Program-made: the position numbers and the translations under genes
Shown here: positions 8,476 to 18,064 of the stretch, piece after piece
Position numbering within the stretch: position 1 is the stretch's first letter
How the letters are laid out: each line of letters opens with the position of its first letter
Notes under the pieces: generated by a model
What the model was told of the DNA's origin: nothing
Databases searched by the model: none
Seen by the model: the letters and a program-made list of their open reading frames with translations, nothing else
Assembly (NCBI GenBank): GCA_964468895.1
Contig: CAYXWT010000006.1
Span: 1 to 30,063 of the forward strand
Length of the DNA: 30,063 nucleotides
Direction of reading: 5' to 3'
Source: an uncultured archaeon
GTDB lineage: Archaea; Iainarchaeota; Iainarchaeia; Iainarchaeales; CSSED10-239

Positions 8476-9345
8476 ATGTTAGGATACGTTTACGCATTTT
8501 TATGCTTTATATTTTTTTCTTTTTATGTACTTGCTTCTAAGCATTCATTAAAGAAAATTAATGAATACTTATTAGGATTTTTTTTACAAAGTATGTTTAT
8601 AATTACTATACCTTTAGTTATCATTTTTGGGATACCATCAATTGGACCTCATTTTGTTTTAGCTTTAATTATTGGTTCTATATTAAATTTTATAGCAACT
8701 ATTTTCTATCTTAAAGCTATTAAAAATGCAGAAGTATCTAGTACAATTCCATTTATTACACTAACTCCATTGTTTTTATTAATTACTTCTCCTTTTATTG
8801 TTGGAGAATATGCTGGGCTTTATGATATGATTGGTATTGTTTTAATAGTTATTGGAACTTATGTACTAGAAATTAAAAAAAATAAAAAAGGATTTCTAAG
8901 TCCATTTAAAGAACTAGTTAAAAATAAAAGTGCAATATACATGTTAATTGTAGCTTTTATATATAGTATTACATCAAATATAGATAAAATAGGTGTTCAA
9001 AATTCATCACCTTTATTTTGGGTGTTTTCATTAAATTTAATAATGGCTTTATTATTTGCTTGTGTTTTACTTAAAAAATCTAATTTTAATTTAAATTATT
9101 TTAAAAAAGATTTAAAAAATATTAAATTTGCAATTCCTGCAGGTATATTTAAGATTTTAACTTGTATTTTTCAAATGCTTGCTTTAAATTTAATATATGT
9201 TTCACATGTAATAGCCATAAAAAGAAGTAGTGTTATTTTAACTGTTTTATTAGGAGCAATATTATTTAAAGAAAAAAATCTTAAACAAAGAATATTTGCA
9301 ACATTAATTATTGTTGCAGGTGTATTAATAATGATTTTAACCTGA
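8476..9345 (+). CDS. EamA/DMT-superfamily transporter
   Basis: 289 aa with about 10 hydrophobic helices in a two-fold arrangement. Each half ends in a typical EamA-like segment (YLKAIKNAEVSSTIPFITLTPLF; SHVIAIKRSSVILTVLLGAILFKEK). Stop codon is TGA. Confidence 0.7.
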   Translation: MLGYVYAFLCFIFFSFYVLASKHSLKKINEYLLGFFLQSMFIITIPLVIIFGIPSIGPHFVLALIIGSILNFIATIFYLKAIKNAEVSSTIPFITLTPLFLLITSPFIVGEYAGLYDMIGIVLIVIGTYVLEIKKNKKGFLSPFKELVKNKSAIYMLIVAFIYSITSNIDKIGVQNSSPLFWVFSLNLIMALLFACVLLKKSNFNLNYFKKDLKNIKFAIPAGIFKILTCIFQMLALNLIYVSHVIAIKRSSVILTVLLGAILFKEKNLKQRIFATLIIVAGVLIMILT

Positions 9346-9600
9346 ATATAATTAATCAATATACATTTCTAAACCGTTTTCAAAATCATAATTAAAAACA
9401 CATTCGTTTAAATCACTAATAATTATATTCTCACAATTATTATCAATACTAAAATAAGAATTTTTCAAATAATAATATAAATGAAATAAATAGCTTTTAA
9501 ATTAAAAAAAATAACTATTTAAAAATTTAAATATATCTTAAATTATCTAAAACCAAAATTATTTTATATCATCTATATTTTGTAAAATAACAAAATATTA

Positions 9601-11265
9601 TTATTTTTTGGGCTTTTTAACTTTTGTTTTCTTACTTTTTATTTTTGGTTTTTTTCTTATTTTGTTTGACTTTTGTTTTTTATTTAAGGAAAAGATAATT
9701 ACTGCTGCAATTATAACTATTATCAATATGATTATTAGAATATTTGCATCAAAACCTGAAGATTTTACACATACACAGTTCTTTGTATCAAGAAGTGTAC
9801 CTTCTGGACATGAAATATCACATAAAAGTTTTGAACCTCTTTCACCACCTTGGTTCAAGTCCTTTTCTTGTAAATCACTATCATTAACATCTTTTGAAGT
9901 TAAATTTTGGTCATCATCTACACTAACATTTGCATCTTCACATACACAAGTATCTTCATTTAAAGTATAACCATCATCACAAACCAATTCACATACTTCT
10001 TCAGCTACTATTTCTTCACATGTGCAAGTGTCTCCATTTAAAGTGTAACCATCATCACAAACCAACTCACATACTTCTTCAGCTACTATTTCTTCACATG
10101 TGCAAGTGTCTTCATTTAAAGTGTAACCATCGTCACAAACCAACTCACATACTTCTTCAGCTACTATTTCTTCACAAGCACAAGTATCTATATTTAAATC
10201 ATAACCTGTATTACAATCTAAAGAACAAACACAAACATTATCTACACAAGAAAAGTTTTCATCACAATCACTATCAATTAAACAACTTGCTGGCTCTCCA
10301 GATATTGCAAATTCAGAAAAAGAAGTTGTTTTTGCAGAATATAAATTTGTTTCTGAATTTTCTAAAGTAGTATCTAATAATTCATAAGTACTACCATTAT
10401 AGTGATATAAATTTATATTTTGAGAAGGAATACTATTAATAGTCATCCACGCTTCAGGAACTGTAAAATAAATAGAAGCATCTACAAAACTATTATTATA
10501 ATTTAATGGTAAATCAATATCATAACAAGAATATATTTCTTTATTATTTATAGTAGAAGAACATGTTTTTGGAGTAACTGGATAAGAATTAAAAGTATAA
10601 TCTACAATTCCATTATTTATTTTCATTTCATAAATATTTTCTGGAAATTCTAGTCCTAAAGAAATATCAAATTCATTATTTTGAATAGTTTCTAAATTTA
10701 TTTGACCACTTGTTTGTACATATCTGTCTTTAGAAACAATATAATCATAATTATGAAAAACTTCCATATCTCCAAAACCTAAGTTATATATACTTTTTTG
10801 ATAAATAAGTTTAACTAAACCAGTAGTTTCTAATGGTATAAAATCTATTTGAATATTATTATCAGGATCTGTTAAATCTATAGATATTAATTCTATTTTA
10901 TCAGGAACTATTGCTTGGTTTCCTTCATCATAAAAATTTAAGCTAGTATTATATTTTTCTATAATTCTTCCTTCATTATCTGCTGACAAATACATTTTTT
11001 CATTAGATATTAAACTATCAATAAGATCTACAAAAGAATTATCAGCATTAACTTGTTTTGAAGAACAATTAGATAAATCTGAATTAGATAAAATTAAATT
11101 AGAATCATGAACTTCATAACAAATATCTACTAAAAAGTCAGAACTAAAATTACTAATATTAGCTTGTGTACTACCATTTATATAAAATGGAAGTAATTCT
11201 TCAGAACCTTCATATGTTGTATTATTAATATTAAGAATACTACTAGTTGTAGCATACAAACCCAT
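9601..11265 (-). CDS. C-terminal part of a large surface protein: beta-sandwich domains, Cys-rich EGF-like repeats, TM anchor and poly-Lys tail
   Basis: It has no signal peptide of its own although the content is clearly extracellular. A domain ends NLYHYNGSTYELLDTT...YSAKTTSFSEFAISG (PGF-pre-PGF-like). Three near-identical 26-aa modules read CEEIVAEEVCELVCDDGYTLNEDTCT. The C-terminus has the TM helix ILIIILIIVIIAAVIIF followed by KKQKSNKIRKKPKIKSKKTKVKKPKK. It is in frame with 11386..12309. Confidence 0.75.
   Translation of the reverse strand: MGLYATTSSILNINNTTYEGSEELLPFYINGSTQANISNFSSDFLVDICYEVHDSNLILSNSDLSNCSSKQVNADNSFVDLIDSLISNEKMYLSADNEGRIIEKYNTSLNFYDEGNQAIVPDKIELISIDLTDPDNNIQIDFIPLETTGLVKLIYQKSIYNLGFGDMEVFHNYDYIVSKDRYVQTSGQINLETIQNNEFDISLGLEFPENIYEMKINNGIVDYTFNSYPVTPKTCSSTINNKEIYSCYDIDLPLNYNNSFVDASIYFTVPEAWMTINSIPSQNINLYHYNGSTYELLDTTLENSETNLYSAKTTSFSEFAISGEPASCLIDSDCDENFSCVDNVCVCSLDCNTGYDLNIDTCACEEIVAEEVCELVCDDGYTLNEDTCTCEEIVAEEVCELVCDDGYTLNGDTCTCEEIVAEEVCELVCDDGYTLNEDTCVCEDANVSVDDDQNLTSKDVNDSDLQEKDLNQGGERGSKLLCDISCPEGTLLDTKNCVCVKSSGFDANILIIILIIVIIAAVIIFSLNKKQKSNKIRKKPKIKSKKTKVKKPKK
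9950..10183. repeat. Three tandem copies of a 78-bp unit (9950-10027, 10028-10105, 10106-10183), with degenerate copies on both flanks
   Basis: Read directly from the sequence. The units (gt[a/g]tct[t/c]catttaaagt[a/g]taaccatc[a/g]tcacaaaccaa[t/c]tcacatacttcttcagctactatttcttcaca...) differ at only a handful of positions. Each encodes one 26-aa Cys-rich module on the minus strand. Confidence 0.9.
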
Positions 11266-11385
11266 AGAACCTTCTGGTAATGTATAAAATTTATAATCAT
11301 TTATACTAAGATCAGAACCAACTAACCAAACACCTGTGATATTACTACCATTTGTTAAATGACTAATATCTAAAATATCTAAAAA

Positions 11386-12309
11386 TTAAACATCTGAATC
11401 AGAAGATATTTCTACACCCATGTTTACACTAGAAGTACACATTAATGTAGTAATACTAACAGGTCCAGTAAAATTAACTTCAGAAGAACTAATTTTTATA
11501 GACTTAATCTTAGGTGACATAATAATACCTATATTTAAATCTGAATTAAAATTAACATTTGAATTTTGTTCTATATAAATACCATGTACTAAAGAATTAT
11601 TACTTAACAAAGACCATATTTTTAAACCGGAATTTATTTCTAAATCAGAATCATTTACATATAAACCAGATGTAAATCCTTCAAATTTTGTACTAGCACC
11701 AGATATATTTCTTATTTCAAAACTATCTGTATTAATTGTTGCAGAAGATTGACTAAATCCAACACCTTTAACATCATAATTAGTATTAGTTGATTCTACA
11801 CCATCTATTAAAATATTTCCTTTAAATTCTAAATTATTACTACCATACACATAAATACCTGTAGCATAACTATTATTGGACATAGATAACTCTATATTTT
11901 CTATAACAACATCATCAGACAGATTAACTCCTATTCCATAATTTTTTGTAGAATTTAAAACTAAATTTTTTAAATAAATATCTTCTGTATTATGCATATT
12001 TACAACTGAACTATTAGAAATACCATTTATAGTTACTTCTCCTTCAGCTTCTCCTTCTAATATTAAAGAAGAATTAGAAATACCTAAACTTACATCTTCA
12101 TTGTAAGTACCATCACAGATAAATATTCTTGCACAACTAGGATGTGCTAAAATAGCATTGTTTATAGTAGAATAATTATATCCAGGACAACCAGTACTAC
12201 CATTATCATTTACATAATAAGTATCAATAATAGTTTCACAAGTTGCAGAAACTACTGGTAAAATAAAGAAAGAAAGCATTATCAAAATTAACAAATATTT
12301 TTTAAACAT
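11386..12309 (-). CDS. N-terminal part of the same surface protein: signal peptide plus right-handed parallel beta-helix (pectate-lyase/NosD-like) domain
   Basis: Signal peptide MFKKYLLILIMLSFFILPVVSA|T. The entry motif is STINNAILAHPSCARIFICDGTYNEDVSL. About 22-residue beta-helix rungs follow (VVIENIELSMSNNSYATGIYVYGSNNLEFKGNILIDG...). The frame ends at a TAA (11388..11386) that is in frame with the ORF at 9601..11265. Confidence 0.75.
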   Translation of the reverse strand: MFKKYLLILIMLSFFILPVVSATCETIIDTYYVNDNGSTGCPGYNYSTINNAILAHPSCARIFICDGTYNEDVSLGISNSSLILEGEAEGEVTINGISNSSVVNMHNTEDIYLKNLVLNSTKNYGIGVNLSDDVVIENIELSMSNNSYATGIYVYGSNNLEFKGNILIDGVESTNTNYDVKGVGFSQSSATINTDSFEIRNISGASTKFEGFTSGLYVNDSDLEINSGLKIWSLLSNNSLVHGIYIEQNSNVNFNSDLNIGIIMSPKIKSIKISSSEVNFTGPVSITTLMCTSSVNMGVEISSDSDV

Positions 12310-12568
12310 ACCAACATCAGCCTCAAAAAAGTTTTTTATTTTTTAAATATAATAAATATAAACCTTAAAAAAATAAAGATCTACAAAACAACAATATATA
12401 TTAGAGTTATGTTTAAAAAGGTTTGTAAATAATAAAATTGTAAGTTATATAATTATATAAAAAGCGTAAACAATTATATTAATATTTATTTCTAAAGAAG
12501 TAGTGGTCAAAGTAAATCATCTAAAAAAGAATTTTATTTAGAAAATATTTAAATTTATCTTAAAACTA

Positions 12569-13714
12569 TTATTCTAATAATTTCTTTCTACTTTCTATTT
12601 TTTTCATATCTTTATTTAGATTTTTTATTTGTATTATTTTCTCTCTTTTATCCATCGGAGGATTTAATTTTGCAGATTTTTCAAAAGTTTTACTTTTTTC
12701 TTTAATTTCAGAAGGTAAACTCTCACAATTTATTAAAATATTTAAAGTTTCATTATTTAAATAATTATCAATATCTACTCTTCTTTTAGCAGAATGTGCA
12801 AACTTACCAATTACATCACAGATTTGATCTCTATCTTGTGGGCTTAGTTTCTCTGCAAATTCATAATCTTCTATTTTCTTTAAAGATAAAATTATAGATT
12901 CTAATGAATCAGGAGTTATAATAAAAACTTTATAACTTCCAATTTGTACTACTAATTCTTTTAACTTATCTTGTAATACTTTAATAGTATCAAATGGAAC
13001 AACTAAATAAGCTATTTTTTTAACATTATCTTGATTAATATATTTTTTTAATCTTTCAGCTTGATCTTTAATATATTTAGGAAAATTATTTAATTTTTCA
13101 ATATTTCCAGGTGATTTAGCATCAAAAACTATATATTGATCAGCAATCTTAATTGTATTATCTGGTTTTTTATCAAAAGGAACTTTTTCTTTACTAAAAT
13201 AATCAATAGCATTTCTTTTACAAATATTGATTATAATTTGTTCTACATTTTGTTCATGTTCTTTCCAAGTATTCACCATATTTTGATATTTTTGTTCAAT
13301 TTCTAGTTTTTCTTTGTTTTTAATATTTTGAATTTCTTCTTTATACCAATTAATACTACTACTTAATTCTTGACTTTTTTGTTCATAATTACTTTTATAT
13401 CTTTCAAGTTCATTACTATATTGTTTATTTGTATGTATAAGTTCTTTATTTTCTTGTTCAATTTTTATATTCTTATTATTAGTTTTATTATAATTCTCAG
13501 TAATATGATTTACATCTAGACTTAATTTTTCTGAATTTCTAAATATTTCTTCTTTTCTTTTTATTTCCTTTTCCAAATTATTTTCTAAGTTTTCTAGTTC
13601 AACTCTACTTTTACCAATTAAATAAGTAATTTTAGACCAAGAAAATAATCTTTCCCACCAATTAATAACTTCTAATTTACCTAGTAATTTTTCAAAATCT
13701 TTTTTTGCATTCAT
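12569..13714 (-). CDS. rmuC: RmuC-family DNA recombination/nuclease-like protein
   Basis: The N-terminal half is a long coiled coil. The C-terminal half has RmuC-type motifs in order: KKPDNTIKIADQYIVFDAKSP (compare PD..i.lP....vvIDAK.P), AYLVVPFDT (compare MFIP.E) and VFIITPDSLESIILSL (compare lvSPttL.alL). No N-terminal TM helix is evident. Confidence 0.65.
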   Translation of the reverse strand: MNAKKDFEKLLGKLEVINWWERLFSWSKITYLIGKSRVELENLENNLEKEIKRKEEIFRNSEKLSLDVNHITENYNKTNNKNIKIEQENKELIHTNKQYSNELERYKSNYEQKSQELSSSINWYKEEIQNIKNKEKLEIEQKYQNMVNTWKEHEQNVEQIIINICKRNAIDYFSKEKVPFDKKPDNTIKIADQYIVFDAKSPGNIEKLNNFPKYIKDQAERLKKYINQDNVKKIAYLVVPFDTIKVLQDKLKELVVQIGSYKVFIITPDSLESIILSLKKIEDYEFAEKLSPQDRDQICDVIGKFAHSAKRRVDIDNYLNNETLNILINCESLPSEIKEKSKTFEKSAKLNPPMDKREKIIQIKNLNKDMKKIESRKKLLE

Positions 13715-13750
13715 AAATCTTCACTTAATATAAATCTTAGATATATAATT

Positions 13751-14482
13751 TTATAAAACTCTATGTCTTTTATAGTTTTTAGGTTTAACTTTAGGACTTT
13801 TAATAACTTTTAATTTTGGTTTAAATATTTTTTCACGTATTTTTTTTGCAACTTCAATTGCTTTCTTAACTCTAATTTTATTAGTATTTAAATAACCATT
13901 TTTATTAAAATAACGATCTCTTATAGTTCCAAAAAAAGACATTGCTTGATTATATTTCTTCAAATTATTATTTAATCTTTTAGATAAATTCTCATATTGA
14001 GATTTGTCCATTGCTTTTCTTTTATAATCAAAATCTAATCTCTCTAAATCTCTTTTAATACTTTGAATTTGTGATTTTAGATGATTAATATTAGCTTTAT
14101 TACAACTATCATATACAATATAAATATTAGGACTAATGATATGTGCTGCAGCAATTAAAGGATAAAGTAATTGAGAATACCACTCTTTAGGGTATTTAAA
14201 GGATTTATCTTTATTTTTTACACCTTGTATAAAATTCACATCTATAATTAAGTTATTAGCAAATGAGATTTCTTTAAATTTTGGAAGCATTATACCAACT
14301 TCTTTATTGTTATATGATAAAGAAACAATCATTGCATCCTCTTTAAAACTATGGATAGTATATCCATCATTAAAAGTATGTGCAAATTTAAAACCAATTT
14401 TAAAACCTTTAGATAATTCTATATTTTGCATTAATTTATATAGTCTATTATTATGTTCCACAATATCTAATATGTCTGACAT
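13751..14482 (-). CDS. Hypothetical protein: about 130-aa globular N-domain, coiled-coil segment and strongly basic C-terminal tail
   Basis: I recognise no family motif. The tail is KIRVKKAIEVAKKIREKIFKPKLKVIKSPKVKPKNYKRHRVL. It starts 15 nt after the exonuclease stop and ends 36 nt before rmuC, so it is embedded in the operon. Confidence 0.5.
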   Translation of the reverse strand: MSDILDIVEHNNRLYKLMQNIELSKGFKIGFKFAHTFNDGYTIHSFKEDAMIVSLSYNNKEVGIMLPKFKEISFANNLIIDVNFIQGVKNKDKSFKYPKEWYSQLLYPLIAAAHIISPNIYIVYDSCNKANINHLKSQIQSIKRDLERLDFDYKRKAMDKSQYENLSKRLNNNLKKYNQAMSFFGTIRDRYFNKNGYLNTNKIRVKKAIEVAKKIREKIFKPKLKVIKSPKVKPKNYKRHRVL

Positions 14483-14497
14483 ATAAATCTATCAAAA

Positions 14498-15064
14498 TTA
14501 TTTTAAAAATTCTTTTAACTTTCTCTCCAACACCATAGTTGCTTCAATATCACTAAGTGCATCGTGAGCATCTATTTTTATATCAAAATGCCTTGCAAGA
14601 GTTTCTAATTTATTATTTTCTAGCCCAGTTAATTTTTGATTGTATTCAAGCCATCTTACTATTGCTAATGGATCTATTAATTTATAATTAAAATAAGAAC
14701 CATAATATTTATGATTATGTTTTTTAAAAAAGTTTTGAAGAAAATCACAATCAAATTTACCATTATAAGCACCAATACTAAATTTATCAGATCTGTCAAA
14801 TTTATCTATATATTTATCTAAAAATTTAATAAATTCAAGAAATACAAACTTAGATTCTGGAAATAATTTTAATTGTTCTATAGTAAACCCAGTTACTTGA
14901 AGAGCCTCTGGATTTATATTATTAAAATCATTAGGTCTTACTTTCCATTCTTTTCTTTCTTTAACTATTCCATCTACTTCAATAATACAAGCTAACTGTA
15001 TTATTTCATTAATACTAGAATCTAAACCAGTAGTTTCCACATCAAACCAAAATATTTTATTCAT
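14498..15064 (-). CDS. DEDDh-family 3'-5' exonuclease (DnaQ/RNase T-like)
   Basis: Exo I is IFWFDVETTGLD. Exo II is GAYNGKFDCDFL. Exo III is AHDALSDIEAT (H-x4-D). The protein is 188 aa, a single-domain size. GGAG (plus-strand ctcc, 15070-15073) lies 5 nt upstream of the ATG. Confidence 0.8.
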   Translation of the reverse strand: MNKIFWFDVETTGLDSSINEIIQLACIIEVDGIVKERKEWKVRPNDFNNINPEALQVTGFTIEQLKLFPESKFVFLEFIKFLDKYIDKFDRSDKFSIGAYNGKFDCDFLQNFFKKHNHKYYGSYFNYKLIDPLAIVRWLEYNQKLTGLENNKLETLARHFDIKIDAHDALSDIEATMVLERKLKEFLK

Positions 15065-15181
15065 AATCTCTCCAAATTACAATTTTTGTTTTAGAAGCAT
15101 ATTAAAAATTTATTTCAACAATTTATTTTCAATTTTATTACCATTACAGTTTGATTATTACTGTATTAAACAACATAAATA

Positions 15182-18064
15182 CTATACATTTAATATTAAT
15201 TCTTTTATTTTATTTATAGACAAAGGTTTTATAATATCTATTTTATTTTGAGTTATGTAGTAGATTTTACACATGATATTTGCCTTAGGATAATTACCTT
15301 TTAAACAATGATAATAAACAGATAATTGTTTAATATACTCATTATGATTAATTTTACTAGTATCTGTTTTATAATCCACTATTTGATAAATATTACTTCC
15401 AAAGTCACAAATTAAATCTATGTTACCTCTTATTAAATTATCATTTATAGGAATTGTACAATCCACTTCTGTTAAAAAATTTGCATTTAAGTTAGTAATA
15501 AATTTTCTCAAATTATTTACTTCAGGAGTTTTATAATCATCTACTTCTATTCCTAAAGCTATTTTTTGAGCACATTCATGTATATAATTTCCAAATTTTA
15601 TACCCTTACCAATTGTTTTTTCATCATTAGTATAATTCATAATATCATGAACAGAAAGAACTAGACCTCTCTTATGATATTTAGAAATATGTATATCTAC
15701 ACTATTAGTAATTTTATTTTCTTTAGTATAATTTAAATTAAATTGTTCCAAATATTCTTCTGAATTTTTAGTTTTTTCTAAAAGTTCACTATAAAATAAA
15801 GAGGGATTATAAGAACTTAAAAACAAATATTGTTTAGCTCTAGTAATAGCAACATAATATAGTCTTCTTTCTTCATCATAATCAGGTTTATTTATAATAT
15901 TTACAAAATCACTACTTGGATTATAATAATCAGAATAATAATTATTACTTAAACAAACTTTTTTATTTAATCTAAGTCCTGTTAAATCATTATAATTTAT
16001 AATATTTTTATCACTATTAGAAGAAGGAAATTGCTTTTTATTTATATTAGAGATAAATACAACTGGATATTCAAGTCCTTTTGAACCATGTATTGTTTGT
16101 ATATTTATAGAATTGTTATATTCTACATTTTCTAACACATAAGTTCCATTGTTTTTTATATTTTCTTCTATAAAATAAACAAGATCAGAAACACTCATTA
16201 AATTATTATTAAACAAATCAGAAATTATAGTAATAATCTTATTTGAATATTTATTTTTAAGATTATTAAATTTAAATACATTATTTACAATTTTAGTTAT
16301 AGTTTTTAAAGTTTTTATTTTATAAACAAAATTTATAATTTCAATAGGATAAACTCTATTTTCTAGTTTTGTACTTAATAGACTTTTTTTAAATTTAAAA
16401 GGATAATTGTTATAATCAAGAATAGTACTCCACGATTCTTTGTTATGTATATTTGAAATTAATTTTAAATATGCCAAAAGAATAATACCACATTCTTTAT
16501 TAAATAAATTAATACCTCCTTCATAACTGGCAGGAATATTTAGTTTAGAAGCTTCTTTTTGAAAATCTTGTGCAAATTTTCTATCTCTACAAAGAACAAC
16601 TACATCACTATAATTAATATTTCTATATTTTGTATGCTCATTAATATCTACATCTTTAATTTTATAATTATCATCTTTATTATTAATTATTTTTAAGATA
16701 TTATGTAAAATTAAATTAAATTCATTATCTCTAGAATTTGTTCTTAAAAATTTAATTTCAGAATAATCATTAAGTTCAAAATTAGCTTTTAATTGTACAA
16801 TATTGTTTTCTAATTCAGTATAATTAAGTTCTTCATCTTTACTTGCTTTTACTAAAAGAGAATTTTTAGAAAAATCTAATATTTTTTGAGAACTTCTAAA
16901 ATTAAGATCAAATTCCTTCTTTTCTACATTTACTTTAAAACCAATTCTAATTTCATCTTTATTTAATATTTCTTTATAATATTTTATTTTTTCTTCAAAT
17001 TCAAGTATATTATTAATAGTTGCATTTCTAAATCCATAGATACCTTGTTTCCAATCACCAACAACTAACAAATTATTATTTTTCATCAAAAGAAGAGTCA
17101 ACATAAATTGTAATTCATTAGTATCTTGAAATTCATCTATCATCACATATTCAAAACTATTATTATTTCTTATTTCCTTATTATAATACAATAAAATTAA
17201 ACTAAACATAGAAAGAAAACCAAAAGTTAATTTATTTTCTTTTACTGAATTTTCAATATATTGAATATAAATATCATGTATAAAATTAATAAGTAAAGTT
17301 CGATCTTCTAAATAATAAATTTGTTTTGCATCTTCAACATCAACTTGTTTTTCACTTTTCCAAGTCTCCAAATTAAAAATATTTTTATAATAATTATGAT
17401 TTTTAGAATTTAATTTTTTTAAAAATTTAGATTGAACTATTTTGTTTTTATTATTTTTGTTTTTATTTAAAAAATTAAATTCTCCAATAAATAAATCTAA
17501 ATTACCAACAAGTTTATTTTTGCCATCTAAAAACCAATCATTTTTAGTTGGAAATATACCTCTAGATTGTAATTTAAATATTAGTTTTAAAAGATCTTCA
17601 TAGTTATTATTAATTACATCAAATATTTCTTTATATTTTAGATAATTTTGTTTCTGAAAAGAATAATATGTTTTTTTAAAAAATTTATTATTTAAGATAA
17701 TATTATCCATTAATTTAAAATTCGAAGATAACTTTAAATTCAACCCCAAATAACTAGGAGTATCTTCTCCAAAAAGAGAAAGTAATTTATTACAAAAAGA
17801 ATCAAAAGTAGAGATATTTGTATTCAATAAATTAATATCCGGTTTAGTTTTTATAATTTCACATATTATTTTATCTTTCATATTACTTGCAGCATTATTT
17901 GTAAAAGTTAAAAGTAATATATTTTCTATATTTATACTTGGTTGGTTTAATATATTCACAAATCTATTTGTTATACAATATGTCTTTCCAGTTCCTGCAC
18001 CAGCATCTACAACATACATCCCATCAATAGTGTTAGTAATATAATCTTGTTTTTCATTTTTCAT
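15182..18064 (-). CDS. addA: AddA/PcrA-like SF1 (UvrD-family) helicase fused to a C-terminal RecB-type PD-(D/E)xK nuclease
   Basis: Helicase motifs: I VVDAGAGTGKT; Ia LLLTFTNNAASNM; II VMIDEFQDTNELQ; III VVGDWKQGIYGFRNA; IV FRSSQKIL; V IQTIHGSKGLEYPVVF; VI ERRLYYVAITRAKQYLFL. Nuclease motifs: GNIDLICDF...IVDYKTD and YIKQLSVYY. The ORF-track start at 18085 is TTG. The first ATG (18064) overlaps the upstream TGA as ATGA and follows GAGGGTG (18070-18076). Confidence 0.85.
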   Translation of the reverse strand: MKNEKQDYITNTIDGMYVVDAGAGTGKTYCITNRFVNILNQPSINIENILLLTFTNNAASNMKDKIICEIIKTKPDINLLNTNISTFDSFCNKLLSLFGEDTPSYLGLNLKLSSNFKLMDNIILNNKFFKKTYYSFQKQNYLKYKEIFDVINNNYEDLLKLIFKLQSRGIFPTKNDWFLDGKNKLVGNLDLFIGEFNFLNKNKNNKNKIVQSKFLKKLNSKNHNYYKNIFNLETWKSEKQVDVEDAKQIYYLEDRTLLINFIHDIYIQYIENSVKENKLTFGFLSMFSLILLYYNKEIRNNNSFEYVMIDEFQDTNELQFMLTLLLMKNNNLLVVGDWKQGIYGFRNATINNILEFEEKIKYYKEILNKDEIRIGFKVNVEKKEFDLNFRSSQKILDFSKNSLLVKASKDEELNYTELENNIVQLKANFELNDYSEIKFLRTNSRDNEFNLILHNILKIINNKDDNYKIKDVDINEHTKYRNINYSDVVVLCRDRKFAQDFQKEASKLNIPASYEGGINLFNKECGIILLAYLKLISNIHNKESWSTILDYNNYPFKFKKSLLSTKLENRVYPIEIINFVYKIKTLKTITKIVNNVFKFNNLKNKYSNKIITIISDLFNNNLMSVSDLVYFIEENIKNNGTYVLENVEYNNSINIQTIHGSKGLEYPVVFISNINKKQFPSSNSDKNIINYNDLTGLRLNKKVCLSNNYYSDYYNPSSDFVNIINKPDYDEERRLYYVAITRAKQYLFLSSYNPSLFYSELLEKTKNSEEYLEQFNLNYTKENKITNSVDIHISKYHKRGLVLSVHDIMNYTNDEKTIGKGIKFGNYIHECAQKIALGIEVDDYKTPEVNNLRKFITNLNANFLTEVDCTIPINDNLIRGNIDLICDFGSNIYQIVDYKTDTSKINHNEYIKQLSVYYHCLKGNYPKANIMCKIYYITQNKIDIIKPLSINKIKELILNV

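Noticed and set aside
9171-9359. 62-aa minus-strand ORF overlapping the 3' end of the EamA gene
   Set aside because: It lies antisense to a convincing 10-TM transporter gene. It has no motif and no SD-like element.
9352-9500. About 49 stop-free minus-strand codons ending ...DNNCENIIISDLNECVFNYDFENGLEMYID*, in the spacer between the EamA gene and the surface-protein gene
   Set aside because: It has no ATG (only a TTG), no SD-like element, and is too short to evaluate. It may be a remnant of another surface-protein C-terminus, but the evidence is insufficient to annotate it.
9608-10370. Plus-strand ORFs 9608..9970 and 9930..10370, the latter with a striking repeated HHHKP.HILLQLLFLHMCKCLHLKCN pattern
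   Set aside because: The repetitive His-rich protein is just the antisense reading of the 78-bp tandem repeats. The minus-strand frame gives a coherent Cys-rich extracellular module, a TM anchor and a poly-Lys tail.
7500-11388. Genome-wide reassignment of TAA to a sense codon as the explanation for the two in-frame TAAs
   Set aside because: TAA terminates many well-delimited genes at family-typical lengths, including UppS at 25993-25995, the beta-CASP RNase at 29121-29123 and the paralog array genes. Reading through these would add implausible extensions. TAG and TGA are also used as stops. Only local read-through, mutation or error remains plausible.
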